DNA of 64,000 nt from Euprymna scolopes (taxonomy: Eukaryota), in NCBI GenBank assembly GCA_053919585.1, contig CM132785.1; one strand, given 5' to 3'. Both the position numbers and the translations under genes were made by a program. Positions within the stretch are counted from its first letter, which is position 1; every line of letters begins with the position of its first letter. The notes under the pieces are model-generated. The model was given only the letters and a program-made list of their open reading frames with translations. It ran no database searches and was not told the origin of the DNA. This document shows positions 30,401 through 43,700 of the stretch, in pieces.

Positions 30401-33400
30401 CCCAATCCATCTAATGTGTTTCTGGCATTGTGGAGATCAAGAGAAAGTTCCGGAAAACCGGCTTCCTCACATTCAATGATTGCATTTTCCAGTTCGATCT
30501 TGTTTTTACTTTTAATCGCTGCTCTCAGTTGGGCCCGAAGTGCCTCAGGAGATTTTAATTCTGATAAACGTAAAATTTATACGAATGTTACTTATTTTCG
30601 TCGACAAGTGGAGTCTAATGATTTATATTTTATGTACGAAGCATATTTACTATAATATTTTAAGAGAAATTGTATATTAGATAATGTATTTAACTTTTCG
30701 TTCATTAAAACATATTAATATAATTATAAATATGACAATGAGATTCTACAACCTTATGTGATATATTAAGTTATTATTGCTCTCTTTGTAGTCATACACA
30801 TGTTAAATTCTACCAAAAACTAAAATTTATTTTTCATATAAAATCAAATTTACAAATGTAATCTCTTTTTTCATATCAATACTAAATTTACTATCTGAAA
30901 TATTAGTAAAATAGATGAAAAAATAATAAATGCTGTGTCATTATAAAAAACTAGTTCTAACCTCCTGTTCCGCCTTCCAATTTAAAGAGGGCTTGTCTGG
31001 CTTCTTGGATGTCGGCATCAATACCAGGAAAACCGGCAGATACACTCCCTTTAATAGTTGCATCTAGAGCTTTTTTGTCATTTGATTTGAACGCGGCTCT
31101 CAGTCTTTCGCGCAGACCTTCCAGAGTAAAACCACCTGAGAACCGAAAATTGATTTGTACTGAGACGATTAACATTTAAATATTAAATGTATACTTATGA
31201 TTTTTTATATCAAAAGAAACTAAGAAAGAGAAAGTAATGAAGTTAGAAACGAAATTATTCTATTTACAGAAATGTGTTCATTGTACTGGATTTTAATTAA
31301 CGATATCAATTGAATTATGTAAAATGATTTCGCAGCATTTTAAGAACTTGATTAACATCAATGGCTAAAGAATAAATTATGTTTTATTTCTAACCTCCAA
31401 ATCCGCCTCCAAGTTCTTTGAGTGCAAGTCTGGCATCCCGGAGATCATATGACAGCTCTGGATATCGGGCTTCTTCGGCAATTTCAATTAATTTTTCTAA
31501 TTTTGGTCTGTCTTTGTTCTTTATGGCTAACTGCAGTTGTGCACGCAGTTTCTCTGGTGTCAGGTCATCAAGAGAAAGATCTACATAAAATTATGTAACA
31601 TTGTCTGAGTGCATATTCCTAATGATTCGAACTCATACTTGTATTTGAAACAATGAAAAGGTTTATATTAATGTCCTAATGTTTACACAAATTTTATTAG
31701 TTAGAAAAATACCAGTTCTTTATTTTCGTTAGCATGGATTCCCTATAAAACTTAAAAGAAAATTGATGATAAGCAAATAAAAACTTATGCTTTTCTAAGT
31801 TTTTGCCATTTTTTGTAATAACATTTGCAAAATCCTTCAGTTCATGTCAAGTAATATAAGTTTTGTAATTTAATAAATATTATGCTTAATGTAATCGCAT
31901 TAAATGAATTATTAATAAGAAATTATTCAAATGGTTATATTTTTGTTGAGTTAGAAGAAGGATTCTTATAAGTATTCTAGAATCAAATTAAATATTATGC
32001 TGGTAGAATTTTTATAAATTCTTAGGATATAATAAAAAAAAATGTATAAAAATTTCGAACCTGCGTCTCCATGTTTCTTACTGAACAAACTGAACTTCGG
32101 AGCTTTGAAATGGAAACTTGGGAACGACCATGATCCTGCTGATTAAAGGTTTTGATATTTTATGATACGATGAAGTATAATCACCACGCTTTACACAGTT
32201 TTTTTTTAATATATTAAAGCAAACTAATATGACGTTCTCACTCCTAGTAAATATGCTAATCACACCATGGTTCAATCCTTTAATGCATATTAAAACTGAT
32301 ATTTCAAATATTCTTCTGAATTAGTCTTTATAATCCCGACTGAGAATATAAAATATTATTTTAAATATTCGATGAAACTTTTAATTCATCAGTTCAATCT
32401 TTAAAATTTATTGCGTATACAATCTGCAAATAATGATGACTAGATTTAATTAAAATATGTTATATTGTAATTATATTGAAATCAATCACACAATTAAGAA
32501 TAATTGATGTAATAAAGACGTAATTCGCTACATATTGAAGCTTAAAAATAATCACTAAAGATAAATGAGACAAACCTCCGTCGGTATCATCAAGAGAATC
32601 CAGGTGGATTCTGGCTGCTTTGATATCGGGTATAAGTTCCGGATATCCAGAACTGACACATTGAGCAATCACTTTATCAAGCAGGTGTGGATCATTTTTC
32701 TTCATAGCGCCATCTAGTTTCAAGCGGAGTTGATCTACACTAAGTTTTCCTGATAAATGAAATGAAACGACGCATAACGATAATGTTCCGTACGATTCCG
32801 TAAGATGAAACAGAACACATTTTGAAAATATAAATAATAAGAACCAATGTTTTTATACGACAATGGAAAAAATTGCTTTGTATATTAAGGACTACTGAAC
32901 TGTGAAGAAGTATTATCTGATCTAATTAAGTTTTAAAACATACGACGATTATGATTACTTATTCTATTAAATGTAATATGTGTGAAGGAATTATAATATA
33001 TTTATTGATGATATGTTTATTATTGATATATATTGATATTATTGATAATATGTTTATTAATGTTAATCATGTATATAATATTTATCAGATTCATACTGGT
33101 ATTATATTAAAATGACATGCAAGTAGTTACTCACAACAGTTATATTTTCTCACATGACAATACGTAAGACTGACGTATTTTTACGTGTTTCTTTCGTACT
33201 ATATAGTTACAAGTTGAATGGTTATTTACAATCAATATAAGTACAGGAAAAAAGGTCTCGAATTGTTTAAGCAGCTAACAGAAAAGACAAAGATAGTGAG
33301 AATATATAACTTCTATTACACTAACCTCCACGTCCAAAACCCAATCCGTCCAGTGTGTTTCTGGCGTTATGGAGATCGAGAGAAAGTTCCGGAAAACCGG

Positions 33401-33712
33401 CTTCCTCACATTCAATGATAGCATTCTCTAAGTCAATTTTGTTTTTACTTTTGATTGCTGCCTTCAGTTGGGCTCGAAGTGCATCTGGAGATTTCAGTTC
33501 TGATGAATGTAACAATTCATACGATATTAGACTCAGTTTGCAATAAGAAATGTAATATTTTTCTAGTAATTTCTATAAAAAATCAATAAAACCTAATTTC
33601 CCATAAAAACTAATTTTTCCATTAATATTAGAAATAAAAATAAGTAAATATATTAAATACATTATATATGAATTACCGCAACAGATTTATACGTGAATAT
33701 TGATTTATATCT

Positions 33713-33771
<59 letters not shown>

Positions 33772-34235
33772 TATTTTTGTCTTTTCATTAGGTTTCATAT
33801 TTTGAGAACCATGTTAAATTTACAAAATAAAAACAGGTTTATTTTCATAAGTAAATATAACTTGAAATTTGAAGAGGGTGTAAATAATAACGCCAGGAAA
33901 ATATGCATAAAAAAGAAAAAATAGTTACTTTAAGATTATTCAGTTTTTAATTCTATGAAATATAAATTCTAACCTCCTTTTCCGCCTTCTAATTTAAAGA
34001 GGGCTTGTCTGGCATCTTGAATGTCGGCATCCAGACCCGGGAAGCCGGCAGATACACTTCCTTTAATTGTTGCATCGAGAGCCTTTTTGTCATTTGATTT
34101 GAAAGCGGCCCTCAGTCGTTCGCGCAGACCTTCCAGTGTGAAACCGCCTAAGAATCGAAAGTCAATTTGTATTCAGGAGAAATATATACGTCATGATATT
34201 AAATGAATTATGTAAAATTAATTTATGAAATTACA

Positions 34236-34297
<62 letters not shown>

Positions 34298-34705
34298 TGG
34301 TATGTTTACAGAAATATATCCATATTGAAATAGTTTCATTTACAATATAAAATAGAATGCAATGAATGTATTTGTACTATTAAAATAAGTAGATTAAATC
34401 ATTATAAAAAAATAAATTCTTTTGTATTTTCTAACCTCCAAATCCGCCTCCCAGTTCTTTGAGGGCAAGTCTGGCATCTCGAAGATCATACGACAGTTCT
34501 GGATATTGAGCTTGTTCAGCAAGCTCAATAAGTTTTTCTAGTTTTGGTTTGTCTTTGTTTTTTATGGCTAACTGCAGCTGTGCACGTAGTTTCTCCGGTG
34601 TCAAATCATCGAGAGAAAGATCTACATAAAATTATGTATGAAACATTGTCTGAGTAAATATCTTTAATTCGGTGCATATTTGAAAATTAGCAAACATTCA
34701 TAATG

Positions 34706-34739
<34 letters not shown>

Positions 34740-37700
34740 AGTTAAAAGTTTCAATTAGGGCCAATTCATGAATTAAAACGAGGTTATTAAGAGTGATTAA
34801 TATAAAAGAGAAAAATTATTATATCTTCATTTATACAATATTCGTCGATATAAATAAAATTATATAATGAAATGAAGTACCTTATAACTTTGGGAAAATT
34901 TAATGAAATATATAATACGAATAGTAGAAATGTATTAAATGTTTTTTTATATTCATGTGCTTATTTTTTTATTTTGAGAAATAATAATTTGTTTTGTTCA
35001 GATTAAACATATCACTTATTCTTAAAAACTTTAATGAAACTAATTCAGTGAATTATTATAAATCTTATGGTTGTAGAATTTAAGTATTTTTTTTTTACTT
35101 TTTGGAAAAAAAAAGAAAATTAATATCTAACCTGCATCTCCATGTTTCTTACTGAACAAACTGAACTTAGGAGCTTTGAAATGCAAACGTGGGAATGACC
35201 ATGATCCTGATAATCAAATGTATTAATATTTTAAAATGTAACAAAAGAAAATTTTATGGTTAAAATATATTTACGTTTATTAATATAAACTAAAACAAAA
35301 TGTGGCAAATATTATTGTATATAGATATATTAGTTACTACAAAATTGTATAAATATATTATCTGTTTGTATCTTACGAGCAATTGTCATAAAATATGATT
35401 TGAGAAAAATCAAGGAAATTAGAAATCATTTATCAATTAAAACATTTAAATACGTCAAGGTTACAATAAATGTTATCAAAATTTCATTATAATTATATTA
35501 AAAGAATGACCTAAATAACAAATTATAAATTGAGACTGTTTAGTATTGCGTAAGTAATCGGGAAAGTACATCAAACAAACCTCCATCGCTATCTTCCAGA
35601 GAATCCAGATGGATTCTGGCTGCTTTGATATCTGGTATAAGTTCCGGGTATCCAGAACTGACACATTGGGCAATCACTTTATCAAGAAGGTGTGGATCAT
35701 TTTTCTTCATGGCGCCATCTAGTTTCAAGCGGAGTTCATCTACACTGAATTTTCCTAACAAACGAAACGATTAATAACGATAATATTTACTCTATTTCCG
35801 TAACAGAAAAAGAAATTAGATTGTGAAAATGAGATTGTATTAATCGATAGGGAAAGAATTGATTAAACATAAGAATCACGAAATATATGGAATTATCATT
35901 AAAGTTAAATTTTAATGTATAATAATTTCATAATGATTTATATTATTACGAACGATGTATTGAAACCAGTGTGATAAGTACTTTATCTGTCTTAATCTAA
36001 ATCATCTTCCTCAAATTCATACTGTTATTGTGTTAAAATGAAACTTATATATACTTGTATGTATTTGATGAAATCTATACTATTTTCTCGTATTACCGTA
36101 ATATAAAAAGATAACTTATTATAGGGTTATCCCATTTGTATAATATCAAAACTTAAATTGTTATAAACAGGGTCTATGTATACAAATGAAAATGCTCACG
36201 AAATAGTAAAATGAATTGATGGAAACAAAGTAAAATAGGCATAGAGATTGTATAATCTCCAGTAAACTAACCTCCACGTCCAAAGCCCAGTCCATCAAGT
36301 GTGTTTCTGGCGTGATGAAGATCGAGAGAAAGTTCCGGATAGCCAGCCTCCTCACATTCGATAATAACATTCTCTAAGTCAACTTTGTTCCTACTTTTGA
36401 TTGCTGCCCTCAGTTGGGCTCGAAGTGCGTCTGGAGTTTTCAATTCTGACAAACGTAACAATTTTTATGAAATTATATTAATTGACGTCGACACTGCTAG
36501 TTATTTTAATTTAATCGATTAAATGTAATTCTAATAATACATTTTAACTTATTAAATGTCACGGGAATTTATATGCATATGAACGTATTTTCTATCTATA
36601 TTATTAGTTGTAAGACATTTTGTTAATTTTTATCGGAAAACTAAATCGAATTCATTTTTAAATTAATTAATAGTATTATGTATAATATATAATTAATAAC
36701 AACACAATTTAAGAGAGGGCATGTTGATTTGTGAGTAAAGGAAATATATAATACATATAAAAATATAAAATATATTTATTACGTCTACAATTTCATGCAT
36801 ATTTAAAATTGAAATGTAGAAAAGATATTAGTACTATTNNNNNNNNNNNNNNNNNNNNNNNNNNNNNNNNNNNNNNNNNNNNNNNNNNNNNNNNNNNNNN
36901 NNNNNNNNNNNNNNNNNNNNNNNNNNNNNNNNNNNNNNNNNNNNNNNNNNNNNNNNNNNNNNNNNNNNNNNNNNNNNNNNNNNNNNNNNNNNNNNNNNNN
37001 NNATATTTCATGTCATGGACAAATCATATTTTCAAGTTATTATGTCTTTAAATAACAATAGTAAATTTACCATACATAAAATAAATGAATTAAATATTTA
37101 AAATGTATCTAATTAATCTTATAATAAGCGTTAGGTCTAACCTCCTGTTCCGCCTTCTAATTTAAAGAGGGCTTGTCTTGCATCTTGAATGTCGGCATCC
37201 AGACCCGGGAAGCCGGCAGATACACTTCCTTTAATTGTTGCATCGAGAGCCTTTTTGTCATTTGATTTGAAAGCAGCCCTCAGACGTTCGCGCAGGCCTT
37301 CCAGTGTAAAACCGCCTGAGAATCGAAAGTCAATTATATTCAGAAGATTTGAATATTAGGAAAAATAAATACGTCAATTTTCTAATAAATAATGAATTAC
37401 GTTCAAACAATTTATGGAAGCGAAAAATATTTTCTTGTATCCTAATAAATAATGAACTACACATGGAAAACTTATAATACGAAATTATTTTTTTTTAATA
37501 TTCACACAAATATTTTTATGAAAATACATTTTAATTTACGTGATCAAATGAAGTATCACAATTATTGCGTATCTTTTATGCACTTAGTCAAAATTTAATA
37601 ATTTGATATTAAAACGTATTGTATATTAACCTCCAAATCCGCCTCCCAGGTCTTTGAGGGCAAGTCTGGCATCCCGGAGATCATACGAGAGTTCAGGATA

Positions 37701-40700
37701 TTGGGCTTCTTCGGCAATCGCAATGAGTTTTTCTAGTTTTGGTTTGTCTTTGTTCTTTATGGCTAACTGCAGCTGTGCACGCAGTTTCTCTGGTGTTAGG
37801 TCATCAAGAGAAAGATCTACATAAAATCATATACGCAACATTAAGTAAATTATGTGTTGTTATATATTTTGATATTAAGAAAGTATGCTTAATATTATTA
37901 TATGCATTATCTAATAAGTTCCAGTTAAATCCAATGAAATATCCAATATGAATATCAGACGTATAGTAAATGATACTTTGCAATGAAGTGCTGATTTATT
38001 ACTTATTTGAGTAAACATTAAATATAAGATTCAATTTATTGTAATAATCGGTTATATCAATAACTAATTAAATGTTCACAGGTAAAAATTGATTCTCATA
38101 AATACTCATTGCGTGTGTTATTATTATCATCAGAATTATATTAAAATGCTGCTTGTTTTTTAAAAGAAAATTCAAATATTCGCACCTGCATCTCCATGTG
38201 TTTTACTGAACAAACTGAACTTAGGAGCTTTGAAATGGAAACGTGGGAACGACCATGATCCTGATAATCAAAAGTATTAATATTTCAATGATAAAATAAA
38301 TGCAATCGCCTAGTAAGAAAAATAATCTTTTATAAATATTGTTAAATATTTTTATTCATTTTAAATATTTAATATAAATATGTTTTCTTTTTTTATTTTA
38401 ATGCTCAATTATTATAATATATGAATTGTGAATAAATTAAGTAAATTATAACTCAGTTATTAATTACAAGAGTTACATTCATCGCACGTACTTAGGCAAA
38501 GTTTGATATGTATAATTTTTCATATATTTAATCAAAATGTATTAATTATTATTGTTTAAAAACTGAAGTAAAAATAATATTTATTACGTTATAAGAGTAT
38601 AACTTAATATAATCACTGAAAATGTATGAAACTAACCTTCGTCACTATCTTCCAAAGAATCCAGATGGATTCTGGCCGCCTTAATATCGGGTATGAGTTC
38701 CGGGTATCCAGAACTGACACATTGAGCTATCACTTTATCAAGAAGGTGTGGATCATTTTTCTTCATAGCGCCGTCTAGTTTCAAGCGGAGTTGATCTACA
38801 CTGAGTTTTCCTGATAAACAAAACGACGAACACCGATAATGTTACTTCTATTCCAGTACGATGAAAGATGAACTGAGAGTGAAAACGTTAGTATGAAGAA
38901 GTAGTGTTTTTAATAAAGAAGATTGTTTAATCATAATTAAATATAAAGAATTATTATGATGAGATAGTATAACGCCTTGCACTTTAATACTTTAATAATG
39001 ATCGATTTCAATAACAGTAATGGTTTCATATCTATACAATATTATGTCAATTTTCTTCAAATGTACATTATATCTATTAAATAAAACCTGTTATCATTTC
39101 AAATTACGCTGACATGTTCTTGTACGTAGGTGATAAGAGATATACATTTTTCGCGTACAAAGTATTTAAATTATATGATAATATAACGTGCTGTTTATTA
39201 TGTGCATATTTATAATATCATTAATACTAAACTTGTATAAGAATAAACTCACAAACAGTTAAATCAGTGTATAGCAGAGAAATATAGACATAAAGAATGT
39301 ATAACTCCCAATCAACTAACCTCCACGTCCAAAGCCCAGACCATCAAGTGTGTTTCTGGCGTGATGCAGATCAAGAGAAAGTTCCGGATAGCCGGCTTCC
39401 TCACATTCAATGATGATATTCTCTAAGTCAACTTTGTTCTTACTTTTGATTGCTGCCTTCAGTTTAGCTCGAAGTGCTTCTGGAGTCTTCAATTCTGATA
39501 AACGCAATAGTGTGTACGAAATTATATTATTTTATTATAAGATAAATTTAAATTACAGAAACTAATTAATATCATGATCAATATAACTTAATTTCCCGAA
39601 AAGATTAATATGAAAGATTAAATTATAGTATGAATTAATTATTTATGACTAGGAATATATGCATCATATTTATTGCCGGGGTGATTTGAAACATATTTTC
39701 AGTTTATAAACGAACATATTTGTTGTTCTTTTGGGTGTCTTTGCAGTCACATATGGTTAAAGTTTTACGAAGATCAAATCTATTTAAATAGATTATAACT
39801 CTAAAGTTATTTTAATAGAGTTTCAAAACATCTAAATTTATCATTTATACAATTAATGAATGAGATATTTAAACGTTATTCAATATATGTTATAGTAAAA
39901 TCTCGCTTCTAACCTCCTTTTCCACCTTCTAACTTAAAGAGGGCTTGTCTGGCTTCTTGGATGTCGGCATCGATACCGGGAATGCCGGCAGATACACTTC
40001 CTTTAATTGTTGCATCGAGAGCCTTTTTGTCATTTGATTTGAAAGCGGCCCTCAGTCGTTCGCGCAGACCTTCCAGTGTGAAACTTCCTGATAATCGAAA
40101 GTCAATTTATATTTAGAAAAAAATATGTACATGTAAATGTTTAATAAATTATGCAAGAAGATTATATGAAATGACAAATTCTTATTTTCTTTTATGTACA
40201 GACATATATTTATATTAATTAATTTTAATAAAGGATATGAAATGGAATATGATACATTCATTTGTACTATGAAAATTATTACATTAAATCATTATAAAGA
40301 ATAAATCCGTTTAAATTTTCTAACCTCCAAATCCGCCTCCCAATTCTTTGAGAGCAAGCCTGGCATCCCGGAGATCGTATGACAGTTCTGGATATTGAGC
40401 TTGTTCAGCAATCTCAATCAATTTTTCTAATTTTGGTCTGTCTTTGTTCTTTATGGCTAACTGCAGTTGTGCACGCAGTTTCTCTGGTGTCAGGTCATCA
40501 AGAGAAAGATCTACATAAAATCATGTAACATTTTCTTAGTGAATAGTGTTTATTTTTCTCATGTATTCTCAGACAAAATTTTAATAACATTTATATATTA
40601 TTAAATGAATGAATTTATATGATTAACTTTTCATGGATGTCTTACTTAAGTAGAATAACATGTGAATAAAATAATAATTTTCTTGAAATTTTATAAGATT

Positions 40701-43700
40701 TTAGATACCATTAAAATGTTAATTTTCTAAGGAAAAACAATTATTAAGCAATTTAATTGTTCTGTTTATTGATAAAATAGATAATCATTAAAATTATTTT
40801 AAATGTTTAAGTATTAGAATTCTTTAAAAGAAAATAAATAAAAGTGTCAAACCATCATCTCCGTGTTTTTTACTGAACAAACTGAACTTGGGAGCTTTGA
40901 AATGCAAACGTGGGAATGACCATGATCCTGATAACCAAAATGACCAATATTTTAGGCGTATATTAACAGACACTCTATATATCTTTATTTCTTACATTTC
41001 TTTAATTACAAAATATTACATTTAGATCAAGGTACAATTATCACTAAATTTTGTTTTAAAAAGTTAATTTAACTCAATTATCAATAAAAAATACTTTATT
41101 CATAGTACTTATAAAGCGCACGATTAATGTATTCATAAATTTTATCAAAGTATATCAAATTATGATTATGAAAATATAATCAAGTTAAAAAATAGTATGT
41201 CAGATCGTTTTAAGTGTGGTGCTATCTCTGAAAATATATTAGACAAACCTCCGTCGGGATCTTCCAGAGAATCCAGATGGATTCTGGCTGCTTTGATATC
41301 GGGTATAAGTTCCGGATATCCAGAGCTGACACATTGAGCAATCACTTTATCCAGCAGGTGTGGATCATTTTTCTTAATAGCACCGTCTAGTTTCAAGCGG
41401 AGTTGATCTACACTGAGTTTTCCTGATAAACAAAACGATCAATAACTATAGTATTACTTCTATTCCCATAAAAAATATATAAGAGATTTAGTAAATATAA
41501 AAGTAGAAAGAAAACATAAACACTTTTGTTAGACAAGGGAAATTATTGTCCATAAATATATTTAATAATCATAACTGATAATTAAGTTCAAAAAAGAATA
41601 TAAACATTATGGTAACTTATTCTATTGACAGTGATGCGTTCAACAAATTTACTAATGATTTTTATTGATGGCGGATCTTATGAAAATTATATTCATTAAA
41701 TTAATCCTTTTACTGTTTTAGAATAAAACTTTCATAGACGTATACTTTATTAATCAAGGCTATATTCCATCATATAAAGTATGAAGATACTGTTATGAGA
41801 TGACGTAGATTTTGGTATGTCCTTTCTGTAGAAAATATTTAACAGTAAAAGCCTTACGTACAATTAATATTTTCTGAGGAAACCCAACGAATTTTATAAT
41901 GAGGTAATAAAAGACAAGATATAAACATAGAGAATTTATAGCTTCTAATACACTAACCTCCACGACCAAAGCCCAGTCCATCCAGTGTGTTCCTGGCATT
42001 ATGTAAATCAAGAGAGAGTTCTGGATAGCCGGCTTCCTCACATTCAATGATGATATTCTCTAAGTCAACTTTGTTCTTACTTTTGATCGCTGCCTTCAGT
42101 TTAGCTCGAAGTGCTTCTGGAGTCTTCAATTCTGATGAACGTAATAATTTGTATGAAATTATATTTTTGTACGGAAATATTTCAATTAATGTTACTAGTT
42201 ATTTTACAAGTTATTTCAAAGACAGAATACTGACTAAATAATATTATTAATGTTGATAACATTATTGGTATCTATATTACTGCATCAATTTTATACATAC
42301 TTATATATCAATATATAACATATAATAGTTCTTATTTGTTTGTTATATGTATTTTTAATATTTTCGATTTTAACAAAATAAAATTTAATTTATGGAAAGA
42401 TACAAGCTTATATTTAAATTTGTATTTCAATACCATTAGTATTGTTATATAGAAAAAATAATTGAATTTATCATTTAATTAAAAGATGTTTTTCAATTTT
42501 TCTTATGTAAAAATACCAGTTCTAACCTCCTTTTCCGCCTTCTAATTTAAAGAGAGCTTGTCTGGCTTCTTGGATGTCAGCATCGATACCAGGAAAACCG
42601 GCAGATACACTTCCTTTAATGGTTGCATCGAGAGCTTTTTTGTCATTTGATTTGAACGCCGCCTTCAGTCGTTCACGCAAGCCATCAAGTGTGAAACTAC
42701 CTGATAATCGAAAGTCAATTGGTACGCATAAGGTTTGGCTCAAATATTTAATAAAAACAAAAAGTATCTGCTTCAGTTAGAATTAATATTTTATGCTTTA
42801 ACTTCCTGATAATTTAGTATCAATTTGTACACATGAGGTTTATTTCAAATATAAAAATGAGTTTTAAGTTTGAATTAATATTATATTACTAAAAATCTTG
42901 ATTTTATTGAACATATTACACGTTTTCATAATAAAGTTATGTAATACTTCATACAAATTTCAGTTTTGTACCATTAACACTTGCATTTTATAGTTACAGA
43001 TTTTCTGTAGAATAACGTTTTCTAACCTTTGAATTCGTCTCTCAATCTTTTGAGAGTTATAATTAGCTTTATCTATATCATTGTTGTAATATATAAGAAA
43101 TTAAACAAACAAAATTACATTAGTTAGAAAATGTAAGATAGTTATTTAATATTCATGATGTGGTATGAATAATCTCTTTTTATCGTGTACAATTTAAAAT
43201 ACTTGCTACATTATAACAAGGAATTTTTAATATTTTCTAACCTCCAAATCCGCCTCCAAGTTCTTTAAGTGCAATTCTGGCATCCCGGAGATCATACGAT
43301 AGTTCTGGATATTGGGCTTCTTCGGCAATCGCAATAAGTTTTTCTAATTTTGGTTTGTCTTTGTTCTTTATGGCTAACTGCAGTTGTGCACGCAGTTTTT
43401 CTGGTGTCAGGTCATCAAGAGAAAGATCTATATAAAACCACATGTGAAACAATGTCTTAGACGATTTCACACTTGTATTATGTTTATTATATTAAAAATT
43501 ATACCATATTTATTATTAAATAAATGATTAAAAAATGTTTTTAAATGTTCAGCAGTAAACAATATATACTATTTGTTATTACTCCTACTATATTAAAATC
43601 AATAAATAACTTTGTTGATGGTTACCGGATTAAGAATTTTATTTCAATTTAATATCGTTTTGTCATTAAATAAGTTAAATGTTTAAAGAAAATAGCTTTT

